37,653 nt of DNA from assembly GCA_013115145.1 (NCBI GenBank), contig JAAPAO010000343.1, positions 1 to 37,653 on the forward strand, given 5' to 3'. Of this stretch, positions 9,384 through 19,554 are shown one piece after another; position 1 is the stretch's first letter; each line of letters opens with the position of its first letter. The stretch is from Perkinsus chesapeaki ATCC PRA-425 (taxonomy: Eukaryota; Protista; Perkinsozoa). The notes under the pieces were generated by a model. It did no database searches and was not told the origin of the DNA. It was given only the letters and a program-made list of their open reading frames with translations. Both the position numbers and the translations under genes were made by a program.

Positions 9384-12300
9384 ATGCCCAACGAGTCTCG
9401 GCTTAGGGTACTGATAACAGCTTCCTCGGAGCTGCTCGGAAGAATTTTACTGCACACACTTGCGAGGTGAGCAGGCATCTTGGTTAGCATTGGGCGAATT
9501 CAGTAATGACTTACAGTACGCGCAATCTAAAGCGCGCGTTTGGTGTCACCGACATCATTTCTTAAGCAGACCACATATGAGATTGCGCGTACTCTATAAT
9601 ATTATCTCCATAAATTTTTCAATGTCTATTATATCTTTTACAACGAAAAAGATGCAGCATTTCTCACAAGTCGTGAGAAATATAGCGGTTGTGAAAATAA
9701 ATAGTTAAAAAGTGTAATTTGTGGTTCTATGTGAAATGTGTTAAATTTTCCCGATGCATGACCCCTTTTGTGTTCGTTAAAACGAACTAATAGGTGTGTC
9801 GAACTTCAATAAACTATTTTGTTTATTTATACTATTATATAATTATTTAATAGCTGCCTCGATTATTAATCACACCTTTAAAAATTGAAGGCAATGGAAT
9901 CAATCGTCAACTTTTGTATGTTTTCAGAGAGCAGCCGGAATCTGTTATTTATTTGCTTGTCGAGTCGGGTGCGCAGGATTACTTTATAATCGATAGCGAT
10001 CTCACCAACAAGAGTCCCTCGACTCCGCATTCTCCCGAGATCAGGAAAGTCTACATGGACGCAGGTAAGGCGTTGAGAAATTGCCTAGTGAGAGCAAGAT
10101 TAGCAAGATTCATTGTAGGTCCCCTGCCGAATGATATCAACGCTGTTGTCTACTGCGGTGTCGGAAGCTCTCCTGAGCAGGCCGCCAAGTACGCCGCTCC
10201 AATCTTTAGCGTTTGCGACTGACAGCATCGGTTCGATGAGATTCGGCGAACCCCGCTGTGGTGTCTTGGTCGTAGAAAGTCGTAATGTTATATCTGTTTG
10301 TTACGTATCATTCGCGGCACTTTTGTGATCTTCAGATTTTTCGATCGGTGCTCTGCCCAATTGCCCGACCTTAAAGTCTTCGTCTATGCGAGCTCCGTGT
10401 ATTCCAACTGGGGCGTTAGAAACCAGTTTACGTCCGGAAATGTTACAGAGGTAACCGTAAGCTGCAAACAAGCTGTGAGTTGGGTGTAGACGTTCTCGCT
10501 CGCACCAACGTCCGATCGCCCGCGGGCCTCCTCGATTGCTGGCATCCTTATCGGTAGCACACGCAGGAGATGGCCGAGCAAAAACATCTATTTAAGGTGA
10601 GAATTTGGGCCTCAGGAATGACACATACGAATCGTATGATACGATTGCGATGATGCATGGCAATGAAAAGAAGGATTATGCACAGTACCCCTGGCCATCT
10701 GAAGACGGTTGAAGTTTCAACGGCCCCCGACAGAGTTCCAGTTGAAATTTCAAATGTATAGGTTGTCACGTATTGTGAATTGATTAGTAATTTTTTATGG
10801 GCCAGAATTGAGAGAGTTTGATACTGTTCGATGTTAAATACCGTTCAATGCAAGTGTTGACTGGTAGCCGTGAGCCTATTATGACAATAGTTTGCTTCCC
10901 TTGCTGTTTTCTCTATCTCAACTGTCTTGCAGTTACTGCTGTGAGCAAGCTTTGGCAAGGCGATGGTTGCAAGTAGAGAGGCCGTGCCAGTTGGTAAGTT
11001 CTCGCCCTTCTACCAACCTCTCAGGAATCTTCAGGCATTCGTTCGATTCGGTCTGCTAACTCCTCCTGCTTGTTCGACTTTCTCTCGAGCCTTCAACGCG
11101 GTGGCCGAGCGCGTCGCCATTCCCGGGGCGCGCGTGCGTGCGGGCGCTGGAGGATTGAGAGAATCTCGCCACGACGTGTTGATGACCGCATCAGTTCTGC
11201 CCAATTTGGACGGTCGCCGTACCGACCCCAAAGCGGTACTTCTCATCACGCCTGCCGACTTGGCCGCACGCGCCATCTTGAGTGCGGCTCTGGACGCCCT
11301 CCACAGAAATGGGGAGGTGGAATCCGTCCAAGGTTCGATCCCCAGGCTTGACGTTTTCAGGTTTCTGATGCTCCTCAAGTGTACGCCTTGGCACTGGCAT
11401 CACCGATGCTACAATGGGGCAAATTGCGAAAGCTCATAATCGATCGTTCGGGAGGGCGGGTTTCGGCCGCCGATGGTCACCACGGTGGTGCTGTGTTACA
11501 CAGGACCTCCTTATCGTTTGATGTAAGCCACCCCCTGGATGTCAATACAACAGAGCATCTGTGAAGTTTTCCAATAACCGCCGCGGTTGGGCATCCACAC
11601 CAGATGTGCGGCTCGGTCTTATTGGGTATTCACTCCGCCGGAGAGATTGGTATCCTTCTGGATAGAAAGAATGCCAATTGCTCTAGCGGAGAGCGTCATT
11701 GAAAGTTTTAATGGCGAAAAACGGTTGGGAAAATATTCAAGTTTCCGTTGGTTTTTTTGTGGCACCTACTTCTCAGCAAATTGATATCAGTGGTACGCAG
11801 GGTAAATCGAGCAGCATGTGACAATCATATATTATTCCTGGTGCGCAATAGTACTATTAATGATTCTCAATATTTAATTATAAAGAGCTTGAGATACTGT
11901 CCCACATGGTATAGTACTGTTGAGCTCAGGTCTGCAGCCCTAACCTTGAAATAATCGCCCCAAGTCTCTGCGCTGATGCCAAAGGCATTCACGTTCACAA
12001 CTATGTTATACATTGTTTGGGCATCCTTAAGAATGTTGGTGAGGAGTGTCTAGACGCCCATATGCCCGCGGGAAGGAGCCTTATGATGCAGCAGCCTCTG
12101 CGCTATACTGATATATTATCTGATACCAAATGGCAACACGGTGGCGTTGTTAACTTTGTAAGAAGAATCGAGTCGATAGTGCAAGGTCAAATTGAGGCTT
12201 TGACGCCTGTGTGTTTTTCGAGGCCTGTCGGCTGTCTTTTGCAGTTCATTAGGAAATTTCCGTCTTAGTCGAGCCGGAAGCTGATGAGCAATTTATTGTG

Positions 12301-15300
12301 GAGTATGTGGCCCTCGTTTTCGGTCAGCGACATACGTTGGCGAGGAGAGGCAATTTCCGTTGGCTCCCGCGCTCTGGATTTGGGAAGCCTTAAATAGCAT
12401 AAATGACAAGGGAGGAGGCTCGTCAGTTCTTTACATCGAGATTGGTATTTTGATACAACAGATGATTAGTCGGTTAATAATAGTTAGACGAACCAATAAT
12501 AATAATAATTATGCATTCCCTTGCTGGTTGCACGTCTTGCGATGACTTGTCGTATTTTCAACCTCCCGATGTTCCACTGTCGTCTGTCATCTCACAGGCA
12601 CTCCGCAAGGAGGCCCTATCCTACCACATGCCCGATATGGAGAAAGTAAGATCACTGGTCCTCAACTCCAAGGCTGTACGGGAAGCTACACACAGCAAGA
12701 AGCTTAAAGCCGAAGCTGCCGCCATGCTGGTGAGATTTAGATGAATAACGGCTTATGTGCCGTGATTGCCAATCACACCAATGACCGAGACCAATCACCA
12801 ATCACTGATTGGTAGCGTCCCGTGTATTCTCTGCGGTGTACGAAAAGTCCACAGCTAGAAAGGAGGCGCTTTCCCTCTCCTTTTTCCGGCCAGGGTAGTG
12901 GTCGACCAACTAGCACCAGGGCAGGGCACTAGTGGCAGTAGTCTACTGCTAGCAAGCCACCGAGTCATTCGGAGAGTTTCAGAGAACCGTAGTCGCAACA
13001 GCTCCCGCTTGAAAAAGAATTCTGATTCCAAAGGCAGCACTCTAACCATTTAGGACCGAATCATGGGAAATCAGCGAAGCGACATAATAAGGGTATTTGT
13101 CATTGTACTGCACAAAGTGTTCACGTCTATATATGATAGAGTGCTGGTCAACCATGACGGCCTTGACAAGCTGAAGGAGTAGGTCGCGGGTTCGAATCCC
13201 AGGATGGGCACTTTTGCTTTCAGACTTAACCAACGTGGCGCCAAGGTTCTATTATTGCCTACACACAGGAGCTACATCGACTTCCTCGTCCTCAGCTATA
13301 TTTGCTATTAGTAGCATTTCAAGGGATCGTGAGATTCAATGGCTTTGTGGTTAATTCGTGCAGCACGGACCGTTCCCGATCTCCCCCGTCATGAACGGGA
13401 AGATCCGTATGCAGTTTTCTAGGGAAGAAAATTCCCCTTCAAGCTGAGGGCCTCAACTATTGTCACAAGTAGAATGATATAGCTACTTTGTTAGGCATAT
13501 ATGATACTGTATTATCAAAGCAATACCGTAAAACCCTCCACGCGATTACGTCCAACCAGATTGACAGGAATTCTCCTCGAGGAGCACCAGTCACTGTAAC
13601 TTGGTCGTTATTTCAGTGCCGATATTCGATTACCTTTCATCGCCACTGGTGATAACTTTTTGTCAATTGTTGGCATTTGGAAGATTCTGCAGCACTCAGG
13701 TAAGAAGTTTGTTAAAAGTTCCGATGCGGGGACTCGAACCCCGGTCGCGTGGGTGAGAGCCACGAATCCTAACCAGCTAGACTACATCGGAATGCATCCG
13801 ATACGTTGCAATTCTGGCTCGCAGGTGCCTTCTTCATGAAGCGTTCCTTCAACAGTGAGACTCACCCTCTTTACTCAATCGTCTTCAAGACATACATGCA
13901 AGTTGTCCTCGAGGAGCAAGGTAACCTCCCCAATCAATAACCACATTATCACGGCATCGCTGGAGAGCAATTCAAATGAGCGATTGCCTGGATGATCTAG
14001 TTATCCCAGTGGCACTATCGCTTCCGTTATGCAACCGAAACTCACTATATGCCAAGTCGATTCATTGTGCGGTCCTCGTATATCGATGGTAATTCATCAC
14101 AGCGTAGGGTCTCATTTTACGGGAGGACATTTGCCTTCCGGTTGGTTTTTTGGACACTGCAGTTCTTTCAGGTTGTGTAGAGATGTTCATCGAGGGCGCT
14201 CGCTCGCGCAGCGGCACTACCATTCGTCCGCCCAAAGTCGGTCTGCTAAGATTTGCCGCCGAGCCGGCGGTTCAAGCCGCAATGAGCAGCCCCATTTCTG
14301 ATATCACTGGTGAGACAACGTCGATGACTCTGTATTACAATCTCTTTGTTTGTGTGCATGCGAACTGAGTCGGTTGTGAGGAGGTGTCTACTTTCCCTCA
14401 GATCAAGACGAGGTCTATTTGGTGCCGATTTCTATCGGCTATTCCCGTGTGATGGAAGTCGATTCTCTCGCCACGGAGCTAGAAGGCCGCGCTAAAGTAG
14501 CCGAGAGTCTCGCAAGGACAGTCTCGTAAGAAAACCTGATATAGGTAAAGCAAACGCACTATTTAGGGCGCTTCGATACCTGTCGATGAACTTCGGCACG
14601 CTTACGGTGCATATTGACCCGCAGCCTATAAAGGTCTCGGATGCAGTGAAACGGTGGAAAGATGGCCAAACGAGTGAGCTCGGGTTGTTGGAGTTTATTA
14701 CTGTATAAGGCTTCACGAAGCGACAGTTGGGACTCGGTGACGTAATCTGAGCTGGTTAAACTGGTTGCAGATGCACTCCCGAAAAGGCCAAGATACACAA
14801 CACCGTACCAGCAGTTAGCGGAGGAAGTCGCAGATCGCCTCGATGCGAACATGCCTATACATACCACCCACTTGGTAGGTGAACCTTCATCTGGATGATA
14901 GAGATCCAGAATTAATTTTTATAATAAATGTGCAGGGTGACCCAAAAAATGTAATTTTTTGAAGGACTCCTCCGGGAGGGAGAATATTTCGGCGACACGT
15001 ACGGCCTTCGAAGTTTCTTGAGGACGACCTTGTTATGGTTTTTCGGGTCACCCTGTGCGAGCAGAATATGAAGTGGATCTCACGATGAACGGCTTATAAA
15101 AGTGACTACGCAGTACTCGCCACGGCATCTATGACTTTCCGTCTGTGAAATATATCTGAGTAACATTGCCACTGGGAGTTTCCTATTTCCTACCGCTTTA
15201 GGTGGCTGCAATTTTACTGTGGAAGAGACACGATTCTGTTCCCACCGTCAGCCACGCTGTCATGGTGGACAAGGTGAGATGGCTCTCCTCGCTACTGAAG

Positions 15301-16515
15301 AGACGTGGGCTCACGATTATACTGGACGACACCAACGTACGAAGGCGCAAGTTCGATTCCTTGCACGACATTTTATTGCATTAATTCAGACGTCCTCGGC
15401 GGTTTCCCGAGTGGCTTCTCTTTATGTTGATCATGTTATCATTTCTGCACCTGAGGAGGAGACCGGTGAAGTGAGGTAGGCACGATTGGCCCTCCAGCGG
15501 GGCTGGAGGAGATGATTTCGCATGTTCATGTGAATTGAATTTTCTCATCGGAAGCCCAAGAAATACTCAACCTCTATCTTTGACAATCGCCGAAATCTAC
15601 GGCCATTCGGGAAAGTTCGCTGGAAATACTTTTCTTCGCCAACACATGTCGTGGGCGACCGTTCATTAGTACTCCTAAACTGAACGGAGCGATGAGCTCA
15701 ACTGATGTTCTGGTAGGTATTCAGTTTGCCCCAACAACCCCTTATTTGCTACATTACTATTAAGCTATTACCGCAACCAACTCATATATAGTCTGGGCCA
15801 TGAAGCATCTATCATACTGGCCGCTGGTGATGCGCAGAAGCTCTCCTTCCTTCGCGAAGAGCTCCTGCAGGAGTGCATTCCGGCCAGTACTGATGAATCT
15901 GCGGTAGAGTGTAACAGCGATCCACAACTAAGAGACTTCGCGGTTTCCTTGATCGGCCCCGTTGTCGAATGTTGGTGGGTTGTGACGCTCATTGCGAGCG
16001 GTTGTCGAGGAGCTGTCACCACTACTGCGGCCGAACTGGTCTCTGGAGCGTCTGGCTTGGCCAAGGAGCTTTATGAGGAAGGCAAGTGTGTGTACTTAGA
16101 GGCCTGCTCATTTGACTTCGCCAAGAAGGCTGTGAGAGGAATGACTAAAAGAGGGTGAGCTGGTCGATGAAGTCACTTCCGTTGATTCACACATCAAATA
16201 CCATATTAATAGCATGCACTCAGGTGTCTTGTGATGAACGGCAGGAATATCAAGGTTGATGTTGATAAGACTCGCGAGCTGCTGGCTCTGCTCGAGTCTA
16301 TTAGACAATGTAAGCTCCGAGTTCAGCAGTCTTTGCAAGCCTATCTTCATTTAGCCCCGGCCCTTCCGCAAGGCAGGGCTTTATCCGACTCTTCTGAAGT
16401 GCTCTGCAGCGTGGAGGAAAGGCAGCCGCCTACTCAGAGACGGTTCTTCACTCAACTGCGCGGCATGACACTGATTAGGCCCCTGGGTCGATCCCATGGC
16501 ACATCGAAAATGTGA
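9384..16515 (+). CDS. FARAT-like fusion: degenerate fatty acyl-CoA reductase domain + DHAP/glycerol-3-phosphate acyltransferase (GNPAT-like), C-terminal PTS1 (SKM)
   Basis: N-terminal half shows FAR-like motifs: RVLITASSELLG (9384-9466), IYLLV, NAVVYCG, LKVFVYASSVYSN, LAFVRFGLL, TPADLAARAILSAA, QVYAL..LQWGKL and NYVIHCLGILKN. C-terminal half shows PTHRSYIDFLVLSYI (block I), IATGDNF, SGAFFMKRSF, EMFIEGARSRSG..PPKVGLL, YLVPISIGYSRVME, NFGTLTVH and LSYYRNQL. It ends TSKM-stop at 16513-16515. Confidence 0.85.
11317..11360 (+). pseudogene. 44-nt intron consisting largely of a tRNA 3' half
   Basis: GTGGAATCCGTC-CAAGG-TTCGATC-CCCAG-GCTTGAC-G-TTTT-CAG. Removing it joins ...HRNGE to VSDAPQVYAL in frame. 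Confidence 0.6.
13179..13223 (+). pseudogene. 45-nt intron consisting largely of a tRNA 3' half
   Basis: GT-AGGTC-GCGGG-TTCGAAT-CCCAG-GATGGGC-A-C-TTTT-GCTTTCAG. Removing it joins ...DKLKE to LNQRGAKVLLLPTHRSYIDF in frame. Confidence 0.7.
13719..13791 (-). tRNA. tRNA-Glu(CTC), nested antisense in intron 13700-13824 of the FARAT-like gene
   Basis: TCCGATG...CATCGGA-A, anticodon arm CGTGG-CTCTCAC-CCACG, T-loop TTCGAGT, followed by TTTT. The intron splits QHSG|AFFMKRSF. Confidence 0.97.
14933..15055. mobile_element. Short MITE (123 bp), same family as 3365-3657, in an intron of the FARAT-like gene
   Basis: 17-bp TIRs with 1 mismatch (CAGGGTGACCCAAAAAA / TTTTTCGGGTCACCCTG). Internal AATATTTCG.CGACACGT is shared with the reverse complement of the first MITE. 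Flanked by TG on both sides. Confidence 0.8.
15337..15389 (+). pseudogene. 53-nt intron with a degenerate tRNA T-arm/3'-end-like sequence
   Basis: GTAC-GAAGGC-GCAAG-TTCGATTC-CTTGC-ACGACA-TTTT...TTCAG. The hairpin GCAAG/CTTGC surrounds a TTCGA loop. Confidence 0.35.
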
Positions 16516-16820
16516 TGGTTATTCCGCCATAAAGGTATGGTCAGTGCCTTACCTTCGACTCGTGTTTGTCCTTTTTGTCATTACTAAGATCACCATGCTT
16601 AATTTCTTTATCTTCGTATTCCTATTGTTGCGTTTTGTTGAGCAGTACACCGAGACGACACACGTGACAGTGCGAATATCCTCAAGTTGACAACTTAGGC
16701 AAGCCTGCTGAGTGCTCAAGTACTTGCTGTTGGACTGCATACCAATATGCCATAGTACTAGTACACGTACCGATATGTATAGTCGATGAAGCGTACGTAA
16801 TAACTGACTGAGAAGATAAG

Positions 16821-17819
16821 GAATACCCAAGATCGATTCCACAATCGTATTAAGCACACTAAAATTAATAACTAGCTTCAACCCAGCACTTGCGCTGAAA
16901 CAACAGGAGCTGATAGAACACGTAGACCAGCTAGCTGCAACGAGCGAAGCGAAAGGTTCGGTAGGAATTCCTATGTTAGCGCTGAGCCATCAGAGGTGAC
17001 GCTGTCACTGTTAACCGGCTCTGAATCAGATTTCTGATGAGGCGCTGAATATTTGAATCTCGCTGGAAGGGCGTAGAATATCCAAACACTTGTCAAGAAA
17101 GCGATTAGCGTGTGGGATATTGACTGCTATCAGCCAGCCGCTTGACCCGATTCACATTTTTTCTTTTCGTGCTGGTTATGTTCTGTCGTACTCGGGACTC
17201 CCGAGTCGGGAGAGCCGATAAAACGCGAGGGAGGGTTGTGCGAAACTCGTGGCGAAAAAATACGTGCGGATTGATCATGGAACACATCTATTTACATTCT
17301 CAAATGAAGCCCGCGCTGTTGGTCAGCTTTCTTCATCAAAGTGCTTTTGCAGGAGTTCGATGAGCTCATATCGGAACGCATCGTCCTTGAACCAGTTGTG
17401 CTCCGCCAAGAGGCTCCGAGGGGCCGAAAAGAGAAGAGGGGGAAAATAGGCGATCTGCGGCACAAGTGATGTAACCCGAATAGGAATGTCGCACGTTATG
17501 AAGGTGTTTTGGGTGAACCACTGTGTCCCAACAGTAGTTCAATCCTTGAGGATTATCTTTCAACATTCTTCGATGAGATGCATGATCAATTGGTGCGTTG
17601 TACCTGAGGCAAATACCTTATGCCGAAGCGGCAGAGCCAAAGGAGTTTCAATTGCTCTCCACGAGGCCGCCTCGTGGTTTTTGGGAGCTCTACCGGACTC
17701 CGCATATTAAGCGAGACTCACTTTCGACAGACCTATCACGTCTTATCTCATCAGCTTGCTTAACGGAAGCTCCTTCTCACGATGTGAAAAGTCCCGAAGA
17801 GGAAGTGTTTCAAATGTGA
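16821..17819 (+). CDS. Probable spliced orphan gene (fragmentary model)
   Basis: Several protein-like plus-strand frames bounded by GT/AG: IDSTIVLSTLKLITSFNPALALKQQELIEHVDQL, CAKLVAKKYVRIDHGTHLFTF and YLRQIPYAEAAEPKEFQLL...EEEVFQM*. No family recognised. Confidence 0.3.
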
Positions 17820-19554
17820 AACAAGTTGGTGTGGAGCAATTGCTATCCGTCTATCATAAGACTTTCTCACCAGTCTCGAAGTATCTGCCGGCCCTCTTTG
17901 GTATTTCGCACTATGAAGAATGAACCAATAGCATGTCCACGAGGATGAACATCTTCGAACTCTGAGCGAGATCAGGTCAGCAAGGAACTCATATGAATTC
18001 AGACCGAGCGATTCTTGATGAAACTCTTCAGCGATTCCAACCAACTTTCGCTCGTCCAGCTCGAAGTTGTGAATAACGCCGTCTAGGCTCTCGACCGTGC
18101 CTAGTGAGAAGCCAGCTAGTCTCAGCGAATGCCAAAAAGGTGTTGCTCACGGAAGTAGGCGTCCGTGTCGATAGAGACACCGAAATCACACCCCTCTTCT
18201 CGTTGGTTCATCTCATTGATCATCACAGATATCTTTCCCCATCCAACTTTCCTTTCTAGATAATCTATTTCCGGATCTGGTACCTGTGGAATGACTTGCA
18301 ACGGTTTCAGACAGTTGAACTAAATCACATTGAAAACCACTTCACAGTTTCCAAGCCTTCTGCAGTAGAGTCGGTTCGCTTCGTATGTTAGTGATATGAC
18401 TGATGCGCGGTTAATTTTTTCGGAAGTCACTGGCTCAGCTGGCCGCGAATCCGTCATAAATATGCAGTACCTACTAGATACGCAGTTCTCCAGGGGAGCA
18501 CGCCGAAACCATGGACTGCTACGTACGCAGTTCTACTCTACGAGGAGCCGAGTGGCTCGATCTGCCTACTTGTATGCTTTAACAAGGGATTCTTTTCTCA
18601 TAAGTGACCTGCAAGCATAACCCTTCTGACCGTCCGAATGAAGTGTTGTGCCCATCGGGCAGGAGAGCGGTCGAGACCTCGCTGGCACGGCTGCGTTTGG
18701 TTCAAGCATAGACACTAAGTTAAGTGCTGCTTCCCATAGGCATGTAGGCACCTGAGGGATTACCCCTAATATTGAAGGGCCCTTAGGAGATGTCGCAGGA
18801 AAGAAGTAGTAATTCAAGCACCTAACGTTCGTAACTTAGATATTCTCTTATGCTCGGATAAAAGTTGACTTAACGCCGCCTCTATTCGTGCAAGGGCGGC
18901 GTATTCCTCATTAGTAGGCACCTGAATGATTATAGGGGGCAGAAGGATGGCGATACTTGCGACGAAGTACTGCAAGCCACTGAAATTGAAGCTTCAAATC
19001 CAGCACGACCAGCGCAAGCTGGGCGGTTTTTTGGAATATACAGCCAACATACCAGTGAGCAGCCGAAAGCGTCTTGTTTCGGAATTCCGAGCTTCTCTAT
19101 CACTGCAAGCAAAAGTCTAAGAAGGCTGCGAGCCCATCCGGAAGCCGATATCTCGCTAAGTGTCAGAAGGTCAAACAGCTGGATGAACTGCGACGTGAAC
19201 TTCCTGAGGCACAGTTAGTCTCATCAACATTCGGATTGCACATCGACCAATAATCAGCTTTGTCGGCCGGAGGAGAAGACCTATAGCTTTTGCACTTGTG
19301 TCGGAAGTTCCGTATTTGAGACTCCAATTCGAGTGTGCGAGTCAAACCTTCGCCAGGCTTCTGTCCATCTCAACATAATCTAGTTACAGTACGTGTCATC
19401 TAGAATGGGCTAGTCAGCAAGACTTGAATTATATAATAGGGTCAAAAACGCGCGTTCTAAATGACTCGCACTGTACTAGATCCAAGGAGTCGGTACAACG
19501 TTGATCGGATGGGAACGTTGGCACCTATCCATCTCGTCCACTAACGCATTCGAT

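Noticed and set aside
11200-11500. Initial impression of a Sec23/24 vWA domain
   Set aside because: The spliced upstream and downstream exons fit the FAR motif order much better.
13120-13178. Apparent tRNA 5' half (GATAGAGTG) upstream of the B-box at 13189
   Set aside because: This is exon sequence (FTSIYDRVLVNHDGLDKLK) and has no D-stem or acceptor complement, so there is no full or intron-containing tRNA.
13236-13242. TGGCGCC as a tRNA-Lys primer-binding site
   Set aside because: It is inside the acyltransferase exon (RGAK), with no LTR adjacent.
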